From NCBI GenBank assembly GCA_050259615.1, contig JBLNAZ010000014.1, forward strand, positions 9,952-73,951: 64,000 nt of DNA. The letters run 5' to 3'. This document shows, piece after piece, positions 45,419-55,507 of the stretch (the stretch's first letter is position 1; the number at the start of each line of letters is the position of its first letter). This stretch comes from Syntrophomonadaceae bacterium (GTDB taxonomy: Bacteria > Bacteroidota > Ignavibacteria > Ignavibacteriales > SURF-24). A model generated the notes under the pieces. The model was given only the letters and a program-made list of their open reading frames with translations. It had not been told where the DNA came from and did not search any database. A program made the translations under genes and the position numbers.

Positions 45419-46258
45419 ATGAAGGAATATCTTGATCTGGTTAAACTTGTGATCGATGAGGGCACACGCAAGCCTTCTCGTACAGGTATAGATACAATCT
45501 CTTATTTTTCAGCTTTTTACAGGGTGGACCTTTCGAAAGGTTTTCCGCTTCTTACAACAAAAAAGATGATCTGGAATTCACTGCTCCACGAGGTGCTGTG
45601 GTATTTATCAGGAGATAACCACATCAGAAACCTGAGAAAACATACAAAGATATGGGACGCGTGGGCGGATGAGGATGGAAACCTCGAAACGGCTTACGGC
45701 TATTACTGGAGGCATTTTCCGAGTGCTGAAAAAGATAAACAGGGCAACTGGAAAGTAACTGAGATCGACCAGATTAAATATGTAATTGATACTCTGAAGA
45801 CAAACCCCTACAGCAGGAGACTTGTAGTTACGGCCTGGGAACCTGGAAATGCCACCAAAAGCAAGCTCCCACCATGCCATTATACGTTTGTTTTTAACGT
45901 TAACGACGGAAAACTTAACTGCCACCTTACGCAGCGCTCAGGCGATATTGCGCTTGGTATTCCATTTAACCTTGCTGCCTACTCGCTTTTGACTCAGATA
46001 ATTGCGCAGGAGACGGGGCTTGAACTTGGATACTTTGCCCATACTATCATCGACGCCCATATTTATGTGGCTGACAAGGGTACGCCTATGGAAAAGTACG
46101 ACCACCTGGAAGGCCTGAAAGAACAGCTGAAAAGAGAGCCTTTGCCGCTCCCTGTGCTGAGAATTGCAAAAAAACCGATCGATATGCTGACTTTTGAGGA
46201 TTTTGAACTCGTTAATTATCAGCACCTGGACAGAATTAAGTTTGAAGTAGCTGTTTAA
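45419..46258 (+). CDS. thyA: Thymidylate synthase (ThyA type)
   Basis: 279-aa ORF with RTGIDT, LLHEVLWYLSGD, the LPPCHYTFVFNV active-site Cys, and DIALGIPFNLAAYSLL. Confidence 0.95.
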   Translation: MKEYLDLVKLVIDEGTRKPSRTGIDTISYFSAFYRVDLSKGFPLLTTKKMIWNSLLHEVLWYLSGDNHIRNLRKHTKIWDAWADEDGNLETAYGYYWRHFPSAEKDKQGNWKVTEIDQIKYVIDTLKTNPYSRRLVVTAWEPGNATKSKLPPCHYTFVFNVNDGKLNCHLTQRSGDIALGIPFNLAAYSLLTQIIAQETGLELGYFAHTIIDAHIYVADKGTPMEKYDHLEGLKEQLKREPLPLPVLRIAKKPIDMLTFEDFELVNYQHLDRIKFEVAV

Positions 46259-46272
46259 CAGGAGAAAACTAT

Positions 46273-46746
46273 TTGCGGAAGATAATTGTGGCGGCTGTAG
46301 CCCAAAACGGAGTGATTGGAAATAAGGGTACAATGCCCTGGCATTCCAGCGAGGATTTTAAGTACTTTAAGTCGCTTACAACAGGCAATCCTGTTATAAT
46401 GGGAAGGAAGACACTTGAGTCGCTGGGTAAACCCCTAAAAGGAAGGCTTAATATTGTCATTTCACGAACCATGGAAAGTAATAGTCCGGAAGTGATGGTA
46501 TTCAGTTCCCTTGCCGGTGCATATGAGTACTGTGAAAACGAAATCAAGGCTGAAAAGATTTTTATAATTGGCGGCGGGGATATTTTTAAGGAGGCCATTA
46601 AATCTATAGATGAGATGAGCATTTCGAGAATGAAGTTTGAAGCTGAAGGAGACGTGTTTTTTCCTGCCTTCGAGGTTTCAGAATGGGAAAGTGAAGTAAA
46701 AGCTGAATATGAGGATTTTCAGGTCATATGGTACAAGAGAAAATAA
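46273..46746 (+). CDS. folA: Dihydrofolate reductase
   Basis: 157-aa ORF with a TTG start, VAAVAQNGVIGNKGTMPW, GNPVIMGRKTLESLG and IIGGGDIF motifs. It lies directly downstream of thyA. Confidence 0.9.
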   Translation: MRKIIVAAVAQNGVIGNKGTMPWHSSEDFKYFKSLTTGNPVIMGRKTLESLGKPLKGRLNIVISRTMESNSPEVMVFSSLAGAYEYCENEIKAEKIFIIGGGDIFKEAIKSIDEMSISRMKFEAEGDVFFPAFEVSEWESEVKAEYEDFQVIWYKRK

Positions 46747-46768
46747 TTTCAAGCAGAAACGAAGAGAA

Positions 46769-48688
46769 ATGAAAAATAAAATACAAATACTCCCGGAGAA
46801 TATCGCTAACAAGATTGCCGCCGGCGAGGTAGTTCAGCGCCCTGAATCTGTCGTCAAAGAGCTCCTTGAGAACTCTATTGATGCCAATGCAAAGAGTATA
46901 GACGTTGTTGTTAAACGTGCAGGCAAGGTGCTCATACAGATTGTTGATGACGGCGACGGCATGACGGAAGAAGATGCCATTTTAAGCATACAGCGCCACG
47001 CTACAAGCAAAATCCATGTCTATGAGGACCTTGAGGCAATTAAAACCCTGGGCTTCCGTGGAGAGGCTCTAAGCTCAATTGCAGCTGTAAGCCAGCTTGA
47101 GATTAAAACGGAAATGATGGAAGACGAGGTGGGCATCTGCCTGAAAGTGGAAGACGGTGCCAGCGTTACAATTGAAAAAGGTTCCTTTTCCAAAGGCACT
47201 TCAATTTCTGTAAGGAACCTCTTCTTCAACACTCCGGCAAGACGCAACTTCATGAAGAGCGATGCCACGGAGTTAAAACATATAATTGACACATTTAAGA
47301 AAATAGCCTTAAGCCGCCCTGAAATTGCCTTCAGATTCTTTAACGATGATGAGGTGATATTTGACTTTTCACCGGGAACAACCGAGGAAAGAATACAGGC
47401 CATTTTTGCAGATAATATGCTGGATGCACTAATTGAAGTTAAGGAACTTACCAATTTCCTGAGCGTCTCGGGCTACATTGCAAAACCAGCCTATCTGAGG
47501 AAAAGCAAGGGGGAACAGTACCTTTTTATAAATAAACGGTTTGTTGTAAGTAAACAGGTCAACCACGCTGTTTTCCACTCCTATGAGAATATACTGGATA
47601 AGGGTGATTACCCCTTCTTTATACTTTTCCTGGAACTCGATCCCAGGGGGATCGACATAAATGTACACCCTTCAAAGCTTGAAGTTAAATTTGAGGACGA
47701 CAGGGATGTTTATGCCTTCATGCACGCAGTTATAAAGAAGGCCCTTGGAAGCTACGACCTCGTGCCGTCGATGACTTTTGGTAATGAGGGAGATTCCGGA
47801 AAAGAAAGGCTGCATTTTGACGACTTCCGCAGGACCGAAAAAAATGATTTCCAGGACCGCCCGGACTTCCAGTCACAGACTTCCTCACAGCGCAGTGATG
47901 CAATGCCGCAGCAGCAGCCCCAGGCCATGAGAGGCAGCCGCGGGAGCGACTTCTCAGACAGGGATATAGATCTGCTCTTTAACTCTCTTAATCCTGAAAT
48001 AAGGCAAACTGCACCGGAAGAGGCTGTAGATCATCCGTTCAGTCAGACAGAAAACAGGGAGGTGTACCATTCAGTTTCCCCCGGAAGGCTTGAAGATGAA
48101 GCCCGCGATCTGAAGGTATTTACATCGTTTATTATTCAGCTTCATAATAAGTATATACTCTCCCAGATAAAAAGCGGCCTTATGATTATAGACCAGCACG
48201 TGGCGCACGAGAGAATACTCTATGAAAAAGCCCTGAAGTCATTTAACGCCGATCTGCCTTTTTCCCAGCAGCTCCTTTTTTCGCAGTCGATTACTGTAGA
48301 TGCAGGCGACTACGCACTTCTTAAGGAACTGAACCCTTTTCTTACAAAACTGGGCTTTGAGATAAAATTCTTCAGCAAAAATACCGTTGTAGTAGACGGG
48401 GTTCCGCAGGATGTAAAACTCGGCACAGAGGAGAAGATACTTCTCGAGATAGTTGACGAGTATAAAAAGAACCAGAGGGAAAAGCACCTTGAGGAAAGGG
48501 ATAATCTTGCAAAGTCATTTTCCTGCAAGACAGCCATCAAGGCCGGCGACAGACTCTCGGAAAAAGAGATGAGGCTCCTGGTGGACCAGCTTTTTGCCAC
48601 TTCCATGCCTTATGTGTGTCCCCACGGGCGCCCCATAATAATAAAAATTCCCCTCGAGGAATTCGACAAGCGCTTCGGCCGCACATGA
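46769..48688 (+). CDS. mutL: DNA mismatch repair protein MutL
   Basis: ORF from 46709. ATG 46769 gives MKNKIQILPENIANKIAAGEVVQRPESVVKELLENSIDA. It also has DDGDGM, GFRGEAL and a C-terminal dimerisation domain (QHVAHERILYE, CPHGRP). Confidence 0.95.
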   Translation: MKNKIQILPENIANKIAAGEVVQRPESVVKELLENSIDANAKSIDVVVKRAGKVLIQIVDDGDGMTEEDAILSIQRHATSKIHVYEDLEAIKTLGFRGEALSSIAAVSQLEIKTEMMEDEVGICLKVEDGASVTIEKGSFSKGTSISVRNLFFNTPARRNFMKSDATELKHIIDTFKKIALSRPEIAFRFFNDDEVIFDFSPGTTEERIQAIFADNMLDALIEVKELTNFLSVSGYIAKPAYLRKSKGEQYLFINKRFVVSKQVNHAVFHSYENILDKGDYPFFILFLELDPRGIDINVHPSKLEVKFEDDRDVYAFMHAVIKKALGSYDLVPSMTFGNEGDSGKERLHFDDFRRTEKNDFQDRPDFQSQTSSQRSDAMPQQQPQAMRGSRGSDFSDRDIDLLFNSLNPEIRQTAPEEAVDHPFSQTENREVYHSVSPGRLEDEARDLKVFTSFIIQLHNKYILSQIKSGLMIIDQHVAHERILYEKALKSFNADLPFSQQLLFSQSITVDAGDYALLKELNPFLTKLGFEIKFFSKNTVVVDGVPQDVKLGTEEKILLEIVDEYKKNQREKHLEERDNLAKSFSCKTAIKAGDRLSEKEMRLLVDQLFATSMPYVCPHGRPIIIKIPLEEFDKRFGRT

Positions 48689-48882
48689 TAATAAACCCTG
48701 ACCTGTGAAAGAGGGCTATTCATAAAGAAAAAATAAAGCTCCTAATTGATAGCCACAGTCCCTAATGCTATAGATTAATGCCCCAATTCCGGGGCTTTAA
48801 TCCCACATCTTCTCCTTTTTTCAGCTTTTATATATTCCCGCCTTTCCGTATTTTTAATATTAAAAGAAATCAGAGGGAAATA

Positions 48883-50535
48883 ATGAACCAAGACTTTAAA
48901 AAAGCGATGGAAAACTACCTGGAAAAGACCCAAAAGGCCAAAAATACAGGTATGAAGTACACTTCTGTTAGCGGCGAACCTGTTAACGTGCTATATACAC
49001 CTAAGGATACAGAAAATCAGGATTATATGAGGGATCTGGGCTTCCCGGGTGAATACCCTTATACAAGAGGAATACATTCAAACGGCTACAGGGGGAAGAT
49101 CTGGACGATGCGCCAGTTCGCGGGCTTCGGCACCCCGGAGGATACTAACGAAAGATTCCACTACCTCCTTAATCACGGTCAGACGGGACTTTCCGTGGCT
49201 TTCGACCTTCCAACACTTATGGGATGGGATTCGGACGCCCCTTTGAGCAAAGGGGAAGTGGGTATCTGCGGCGTTGCGGTTTCATCGCTGGAAGATATGG
49301 AAATACTCTTTAAGAATATTCCGCTCGGCAAGGTTTCAACTTCCATGACCATAAATTCACCTGCTGCAATGATGTTTGCTTTCTATCTTGCCGTAGCCAG
49401 AAAGCAGGGGATCGATTTCAAAGAATTAAGAGGCACCCTTCAGAACGACATCCTGAAAGAGTACATTGCACAGAAGGAATTTATCTATCCTCCCAAGCCC
49501 TCAATGCGCATTATTTCCGATATGATTGAATACTGCACCAACGAAGTTCCCCAGTGGAATCCTGTTTCTGTTAGCGGATACCATATAAGGGAAGCCGGCT
49601 CAACGGCCGTCCAGGAACTGGCATTCACACTTGCAGACGGATTTGCATATATTGAAGACTGCATCGAAAGGGGAATGGACGTTGATGAATTTGCTCCCAG
49701 AATATCTTTCTTCTTTAACTCGCACCTCGACTTTTTTGAAGAAATTGCAAAGTACCGCGCAGCGCGCAGGATCTATGCAAAAAGAATGAAAGAAAAGTAC
49801 GGAGCTAAGAACCCAAGGAGCTGGTGGCTCCGCTTCCATACTCAGACTGCAGGCGCAACACTGACAGCCCAGCAGCCCGAAAACAATATCATAAGAACCG
49901 CCTATCAGGCTCTTGCTGCTGTTATGGGAGGCACACAGTCGCTCCATACAAACTCAATGGATGAAACTCTGGCCCTCCCGAGTGAAAAAGCCGTTAAAAT
50001 TGCGCTCAGAACACAGCAGCTTATTGCCTATGAAACAGGTGTAATAAATTCGGTGGACCCTCTTGGAGGAAGCTATTACGTTGAGGCTCTTACAGACAAG
50101 ATGGAAAAGAAGGCAAATGAAATTTTTGAACGCATTGACGCCTTTGGAGGTGTTATTGGTGCAATTGAGGCAGGATATTTCCAGAAGGAGATTGCCGACA
50201 GTGCCTACCGTTATCAGCTTGAGCTCGAAAGAAAAGAAAAGTTCATTGTAGGCGTAAATGAATTTGTTGAAGAGGAAGAGAAAATAGATATTCCTATTCT
50301 TACAATCTCGCCAGAAGTTGAGAAGAAACAGGTCCAGAGGCTTTCTGAGCTTAAGCAGTCAAGAAACCAGGAGAAGGTGAATGAATCGCTGAAGGAAATA
50401 GCACAGGCTGCAGTGGACGGACGTAATCTTATGCCCGTCTTTATAAAAGCCTCCGAAAACTATGTCACCTTAGGTGAGATGGTCCATGAGCTTAAAAAGC
50501 CCTTTGGAATATATGAGGAAGTGGCGGTTTTCTAA
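48883..50535 (+). CDS. Methylmalonyl-CoA-mutase-family large (substrate-binding) subunit, with no B12-binding domain in this polypeptide
   Basis: ORF from 48778. ATG 48883 gives [15 protein letters not shown]. Motifs are [49 protein letters not shown] and FHTQTAG. The protein ends after the TIM-barrel and linker (about 550 aa). Confidence 0.85.
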   Translation: MNQDFKKAMENYLEKTQKAKNTGMKYTSVSGEPVNVLYTPKDTENQDYMRDLGFPGEYPYTRGIHSNGYRGKIWTMRQFAGFGTPEDTNERFHYLLNHGQTGLSVAFDLPTLMGWDSDAPLSKGEVGICGVAVSSLEDMEILFKNIPLGKVSTSMTINSPAAMMFAFYLAVARKQGIDFKELRGTLQNDILKEYIAQKEFIYPPKPSMRIISDMIEYCTNEVPQWNPVSVSGYHIREAGSTAVQELAFTLADGFAYIEDCIERGMDVDEFAPRISFFFNSHLDFFEEIAKYRAARRIYAKRMKEKYGAKNPRSWWLRFHTQTAGATLTAQQPENNIIRTAYQALAAVMGGTQSLHTNSMDETLALPSEKAVKIALRTQQLIAYETGVINSVDPLGGSYYVEALTDKMEKKANEIFERIDAFGGVIGAIEAGYFQKEIADSAYRYQLELERKEKFIVGVNEFVEEEEKIDIPILTISPEVEKKQVQRLSELKQSRNQEKVNESLKEIAQAAVDGRNLMPVFIKASENYVTLGEMVHELKKPFGIYEEVAVF

Positions 50536-50578
50536 ATTCAGTTTGTAACTGATTCTGATATGCAGGTCTTTTCTTTTT

Positions 50579-50618
50579 GAGGCCGCCGGGAATATGATTC
50601 CCAGCGGCCTCTTTCTAT
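50579..50618 (+). terminator. Rho-independent terminator after the mutase gene
   Basis: 15-bp stem gaggccgccgggaat / attcccagcggcctc (one mismatch) with a 3-nt loop, followed by a T-rich tract. Confidence 0.65.
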
Positions 50619-50706
50619 TAGATTTCCGCCCTGCCCGTTTTGCTAAAAGTGAATAAAAAGCATATATTTTATCTGTAAATAAAGGAAATAATTTAAACGG
50701 GCGAAA

Positions 50707-51621
50707 ATGGGGCAATCTGCTGATATTGTTTATTCCAATACACTTTGGACACAGGTATCTAACTACCTGAAGCTGCTGCGTGTAACGCAGTGGATCAAAA
50801 ACCTGTTCGTTTTTGTCCCGCTTCTATTCTCCAAGAACCTTTTTAATGCGAATTATTTTCTGCTGGTACTGCTGGCGTTTCTGGCTTTCTGCCTTACCTC
50901 AAGCGCCGTTTACGTTATGAACGACCTTTTTGACGTGGAAAGCGACAGGCTTCATCCCCGGAAGAAGACAAGACCCATTGCAAGCGGCCAAATTTCAGAA
51001 AAAAGCGCATTTATTACAATTTTAATTCTTGCCATTGGTATTTTTGCGCTTGTCTATAAACTTAACGTCACTTTTATTCTCGCCCTTACAGGCTATATAG
51101 CACTTAACATACTGTATTCGGTAGTATTAAAGCACCTTGTAATAATCGACATTATGAGCATTGCCGCGGGTTTTATGTTTAGAGTTCTGGCAGGTGCCTA
51201 CGTGCTATCGGTCTATGTCTCGAGCTGGCTTATACTTACAACACTTTTTATTTCTTTGTTTCTGGCCATTATGAAACGCCGCTCCGAGCTCAGCTTAAAC
51301 CCGATGGAAGGGGGAAGCACGAGGAAGGTACTCTCGGAATATTCCATCAGCTTTACCGAGCAGATGGCCACTATTTCAGCTGCAGGCGTTATAATCTGCT
51401 ACGCTCTTTATTCGGTCTCGGAAAGGACGATAAACTACCTGCACAGCGAGAACCTCGTGTATACGACTATTTTTGTTGTTTTCGGGATCTTCAGGTTTAT
51501 GTATCTTGTTTATAAAAAGAGCAAGGGTGAGAATGCTACGGAAGTAATGATGACTGACGTCCCGATGATTGTAAATATAGTCCTTTACGTCTTAACGGCA
51601 ATTTATATAGTCTATTTTTAA
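50707..51621 (+). CDS. UbiA-superfamily prenyl/phosphoribosyl transferase (decaprenyl-phosphate phosphoribosyltransferase-like)
   Basis: 304-aa polytopic ORF with NDLFDVESDRLHPRKKTRPIASG (first Asp-rich motif) and the overall DPPR-synthase-like layout. Confidence 0.65.
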   Translation: MGQSADIVYSNTLWTQVSNYLKLLRVTQWIKNLFVFVPLLFSKNLFNANYFLLVLLAFLAFCLTSSAVYVMNDLFDVESDRLHPRKKTRPIASGQISEKSAFITILILAIGIFALVYKLNVTFILALTGYIALNILYSVVLKHLVIIDIMSIAAGFMFRVLAGAYVLSVYVSSWLILTTLFISLFLAIMKRRSELSLNPMEGGSTRKVLSEYSISFTEQMATISAAGVIICYALYSVSERTINYLHSENLVYTTIFVVFGIFRFMYLVYKKSKGENATEVMMTDVPMIVNIVLYVLTAIYIVYF

Positions 51622-51642
51622 CATGAATCCATAAAGTTTTAT

Positions 51643-52872
51643 ATGGTCTGGCAGATTACTGTACTCGTATTATTAATTGTTTTCAGCGCATTTTTCTCCT
51701 CGGCGGAATTTGCGTTTGTTGTTGCAAACAGGATAAAGTTTGAGATAAAGGCACGTAAGAACAACCTGGCAGGCAAGACAGCCCTATATTTCTTCGACTC
51801 ATCGCAGATATTTTTCTCCACCATTTTAATCGGCAACAACATTGTTAATATTACATTTACCTCCATTATAACGCTTTTTCTGGGCTATTATTTCCATCTT
51901 TCTGACCTGAGCATACTTGTCATATCTACATCTGTACTGCTGTTCTTTGGTGAACTTCTTCCAAAGTACATGGCAAGGGAAATGGCCGACCGCGTCCTTA
52001 TGGCAACAATTGTTCCTGTCAGAGCCGTTACATTTATCTTCTATCCGGTTGTTAAACTGACCTCACTGGTTTCAAAATTCTTCTCCCGCGGTGAAAATGT
52101 CCGCGAGGAAAGCATTAACATGCTTTTCAGCCGGCAGGAGATTCAGATGCTGGTAAGGGAAAGCCAGGAAGCGGGATTGGTAAACGAAAGTGAAACTGAT
52201 ATTCTGACAAGAATAATTGAGCTAGGCGACCAGAGGGTATATGAGGTAATGCGTCCGAGGACGGATATTGTGGGGGTGGAAATTTCCAGCACGCTCAATG
52301 AAGTTCTGCAGGTTTTTATCGATTCCGGGTATTCCAAAATTCCGGTGTATGAGGATAACCTGGATAATATTAAAGGCGTCGTTCTGGCCTACGACCTCTT
52401 CAAAAATCCGCCTAACCTTGAGGCCGTAATGCGCCCTGTTATATTCGTTCCCGATACGAAGAAGAGTACCGAAATGCTGAAGGAATTCTCCACCAAAAGG
52501 GTGTCTTTTGCGGTTGCCGTGGATGAATTTGGCGGAACGGCAGGAATTCTGACTATGGAAGATATTATTGAAGAGCTCCTTGGCGAGATCAGGGATGAAT
52601 TCGATACAGACGACGAAATATGCAGGAATGTGGGAGAAAATACATATCTCATCGGCGGGAAGGTGGAAATTGATTACATTAACGACGAGCTGAACCTTAA
52701 TATACCTGAAGGCGACTACGCCACCATAGGGGGCTATATTACTTCCAATATAGGAAGAATACCCCTGCAGGGTGAAAACCTTACAATTGACAGGTACAAA
52801 ATCCACATCATCCGCTCTGCACAGATTAGAATTGAGCTGGTTAGGGTAACAGTAATAACGGAAGAAGAGTAG
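51643..52872 (+). CDS. CNNM/DUF21 - CBS pair - CorC_HlyC family protein (hemolysin-family Mg/Co efflux-type)
   Basis: 409-aa ORF with an N-terminal DUF21 TM domain (SSAEFAF, GELLPK), tandem CBS domains and a C-terminal CorC_HlyC-like domain. Confidence 0.85.
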   Translation: MVWQITVLVLLIVFSAFFSSAEFAFVVANRIKFEIKARKNNLAGKTALYFFDSSQIFFSTILIGNNIVNITFTSIITLFLGYYFHLSDLSILVISTSVLLFFGELLPKYMAREMADRVLMATIVPVRAVTFIFYPVVKLTSLVSKFFSRGENVREESINMLFSRQEIQMLVRESQEAGLVNESETDILTRIIELGDQRVYEVMRPRTDIVGVEISSTLNEVLQVFIDSGYSKIPVYEDNLDNIKGVVLAYDLFKNPPNLEAVMRPVIFVPDTKKSTEMLKEFSTKRVSFAVAVDEFGGTAGILTMEDIIEELLGEIRDEFDTDDEICRNVGENTYLIGGKVEIDYINDELNLNIPEGDYATIGGYITSNIGRIPLQGENLTIDRYKIHIIRSAQIRIELVRVTVITEEE

Positions 52873-52896
52873 TCAGCCCGGTGAATAAATTTACCC

Positions 52897-53511
52897 CTAT
52901 AAATAAACTTTAGCGCCCGCCCATAGTTCATAAAGTCCGAAGGCCAGCAGGGCAATAGCTGAAATTCCAATAAGTGTTTTATTAAGCTTAGGCCCCAGAT
53001 TCCTTGCCGTGGCAAAAATACCTGTTATTGCCCCCAGAATAATTATGATCGTTGTATAAAAGCTTACAAGGAGCACAATCCCGTAAGAAGGGTTTGCATG
53101 CCACCCCTTTATCAGCTGCGGCCCCATTACAAGGCTCCAGCCTAAGTAAGGGTTTGGATTTAAGAAATTTACAACTGCAGCCTTAAGGAGCGTCTGAGCG
53201 GGGGACAGATGACTCAAGGAGTTTTTAAAACTGTAGTTTTTCCACGATTTGTATGCGCTCAACGACAGATATAAAAGAAAAAGTCCTCCTAAAATCTGGA
53301 GTATGCTTATCATAAATGGAGATATGTGGCTTAAGAGAAATAATATAATCAGGATTATAGGCCCGTCGCTGATGAGCGGGGCCATAGTGGCAGGAAGTGT
53401 TGTTCTCCAGCCTTTTGAAAGAGTCTGTGAAATAAGATAGGTCGTAAGCGGCCCCGGCTGAACAGCAGCGGCAAAGGCAAATGTAAAACCGAAAACAATA
53501 TATTCAAACAT
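52897..53511 (-). CDS. LysE/RhtB-family amino-acid exporter
   Basis: 204-aa polytopic ORF. The N-terminal FGFTFAFAAAVQPGPL motif is typical of the LysE family. Confidence 0.8.
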   Translation of the reverse strand: MFEYIVFGFTFAFAAAVQPGPLTTYLISQTLSKGWRTTLPATMAPLISDGPIILIILFLLSHISPFMISILQILGGLFLLYLSLSAYKSWKNYSFKNSLSHLSPAQTLLKAAVVNFLNPNPYLGWSLVMGPQLIKGWHANPSYGIVLLVSFYTTIIIILGAITGIFATARNLGPKLNKTLIGISAIALLAFGLYELWAGAKVYL

Positions 53512-53571
53512 AAATAAATTTTCTTCCTGCTTAAGTTGCCGTGCTGTTGAGCCATATATGGTAAATTTTAA

Positions 53572-54618
53572 CTAATAAACGCCGAATTCCCTTGCTGCTT
53601 CAAGCAGCGCAAGGTAATTATCGTAGTTAACGTACTCCGGGATGCTGTTGCCGCTTCCGATACAGTAGCCTCCGTTATAGGCGGCCTTCTCAACATTTTC
53701 TTTTACCTTTTGTCTGATCTCTTCCTTCGTTCCGCGGCACAGAAGATCCACGTCAACGTGCCCAATCAGGCAGAGCCTGTCGCCGTACTTTTCCTTTACG
53801 TCCCTAATATCCATTGCCTTGGGCTCAATTGGATGAAGAGCGTTCACGCCGCAGTCAACTATTCTGTCGAATACATCCCACAGAACGCCGTCGGTATGGT
53901 ACATTAAAGGCTTGTTATATTTTTTAGCAAGGTCGCCTATTTTCTTAAGCCAGGGGAAAAAATACCTGTCGAGCACTTCGGGGCCCATTAATAGTCCGTT
54001 TGTGTAGGCTATATCGTCTGTAAACCAGATTACGTCCACGGCATCACTCTCGGCGAAGTATTCGAACATGCTAAGTACAAGGTTTCCCACTTTGTCGTTA
54101 ATTGCATCAATCAGCTCCGGGTTCTCGAACAGTGCCATTGAGAACCCCTCAAAACCCATCATTTCCCAGGTCATTGTGAATATATCGCCGTACTGACCTA
54201 TTACTCCCATTCCTTCTGGCAGAAGCCCGCGCACCCTTTCAAACTTTGAATAATCAAAATCAGATTTTTCGGGGAACTTGTATTTTTCAAATGTTTCCCA
54301 GGAGGAGATAACGCCTTCTGATTCGGAAGCCCATTTAATTCTCATGGTTCCGTCTTCATTAAAGGTGAGATTGTTGCTGACTCCGATCTTCAGCGGATTA
54401 AAGTCGGCAGCGGGCTGGACCTTTACATAATCGTACCCTGCCTTATGCCAGAATTCAATATCATCTTCAAGCGTTAAAATATCACGGCCGATAATCCTCT
54501 TTTTTATTACAGGATGGACACCGAGTTCGCAGACCGGAATATGGCTTCCTTTTCCGCCGCGCAGTGTTTTTATAAAATTATCAATATCAGGTTTCATTAT
54601 AATTTCCGGTAATTCCAA
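53572..54618 (-). CDS. Uroporphyrinogen-decarboxylase (URO-D)-family protein, MtaA/CmuA-like putative corrinoid methyltransferase
   Basis: 348-aa ORF with a URO-D-family TIM-barrel layout (late HTDG...NALHPIEP...IGHVD...GGYCIGSGN). It lies immediately downstream of a corrinoid-protein gene with a 20-nt gap. Confidence 0.7.
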   Translation of the reverse strand: MELPEIIMKPDIDNFIKTLRGGKGSHIPVCELGVHPVIKKRIIGRDILTLEDDIEFWHKAGYDYVKVQPAADFNPLKIGVSNNLTFNEDGTMRIKWASESEGVISSWETFEKYKFPEKSDFDYSKFERVRGLLPEGMGVIGQYGDIFTMTWEMMGFEGFSMALFENPELIDAINDKVGNLVLSMFEYFAESDAVDVIWFTDDIAYTNGLLMGPEVLDRYFFPWLKKIGDLAKKYNKPLMYHTDGVLWDVFDRIVDCGVNALHPIEPKAMDIRDVKEKYGDRLCLIGHVDVDLLCRGTKEEIRQKVKENVEKAAYNGGYCIGSGNSIPEYVNYDNYLALLEAAREFGVY

Positions 54619-54638
54619 TATTATTTGCGTGATTTGAA

Positions 54639-55307
54639 TTAGGCATTAACAAGCGTATCAAGATACTTTGCAAGACCGTGCGGGTCCTTGAAGTAGCCGT
54701 CGGCACCTATTTTATCGTTGAATTCTTTTGAAACCGGGGCTCCCCCAATAAAGACTTTAACGCCGCTGAATCTGTTTTTAATATCCCCGGTAATCTTTTC
54801 CATATTAAGCATTGTTGTAGTAAGAAGAGCGCTCAGGCCTGCCATCTTTGCATTATTTTTATCAATTGCTTCCAGGAACTTGTCAACGGGTGTGTTTGTC
54901 CCGAGGTCAATTACGTTCCATCCGCCCCCCTGAAGCACCATTTTTACTATATTTTTCCCAATATCGTGCATATCACCCTGCACAGTACCCATAATGAATG
55001 TTCCCTTATATTGAGCATCGCCCCTTTCGAAATACGGGGCAAGATGCACCATTGCAGCCTTCATTGCTTTAGCTGAAATAAGCAGGTTGGGAATATAAAC
55101 CTTGCCCGAGGCGAACTTTTCGCCTATTCTGTTCATTCCTGTTATAAGTCCGCCTGAAAGGATTTCACCTGGCGTCAGACCCGAAAGAAGAGCCTCCAGG
55201 GTCAGTTCCGAAGCACCTTTGCTTCCAATAAGTGCCGGAAGAAAAGAAGTTGTTTCATCAGCTTTCCCGATTTCAACGCATTCGGCAAGTTTTTCCAGAA
55301 TTTCCAT
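54639..55307 (-). CDS. Corrinoid (cobalamin-binding) protein, MtaC/MtbC-like
   Basis: 222-aa ORF with an N-terminal helical B12 cap domain and a Rossmann B12-binding domain carrying the DxHxxG motif (GDMHDIGKNIV) and SALLTTTM. Confidence 0.85.
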   Translation of the reverse strand: MEILEKLAECVEIGKADETTSFLPALIGSKGASELTLEALLSGLTPGEILSGGLITGMNRIGEKFASGKVYIPNLLISAKAMKAAMVHLAPYFERGDAQYKGTFIMGTVQGDMHDIGKNIVKMVLQGGGWNVIDLGTNTPVDKFLEAIDKNNAKMAGLSALLTTTMLNMEKITGDIKNRFSGVKVFIGGAPVSKEFNDKIGADGYFKDPHGLAKYLDTLVNA

Positions 55308-55460
55308 TTTTACCTCAATATAGTGTCAGGATAATTTAGCCGGTTTTCAGTATACCCGAAAAGTTGCAACAAAATTAATAAAAATCCAACAAAATAACCT
55401 GAATTTGAATGAATAAGGATAAAATTAGGGAGTAAATACTTAAAGCTTTGTATGAAGGAA

Positions 55461-55490
55461 AAATAAAAGGGCATCCCGGTAAGGATGCCC
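55461..55490 (-). terminator. Rho-independent terminator after the CMD-family gene
   Basis: On the minus strand: gggcatcc-ttaccg-ggatgccc followed by ttttattttt. Confidence 0.65.
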
Positions 55491-55507
55491 TATATATATA
55501 TGGGTCT

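Noticed and set aside
52222-52806. 194-aa minus-strand ORF inside the CNNM/CBS gene, plus the similar antisense ORFs 32140-32592, 42033-42479, 44469-44924, 47020-47454, 34946-35365, 35369-35689, 40354-40728, 45938-46333 and 46269-46622
   Set aside because: All are nested in, or overlap, CDS with clear family motifs on the other strand. None shows a recognisable domain or a ribosome-binding site.
55308-55507. Searched upstream of the corrinoid-protein operon, and upstream of the mutase gene (48689-48882), for a cobalamin riboswitch
   Set aside because: I found no B12-box-like core (rAGYCMGgAgaCCkGCc-type). The spacer at 55308-55507 is AT-rich and mostly occupied by the upstream gene's terminator.
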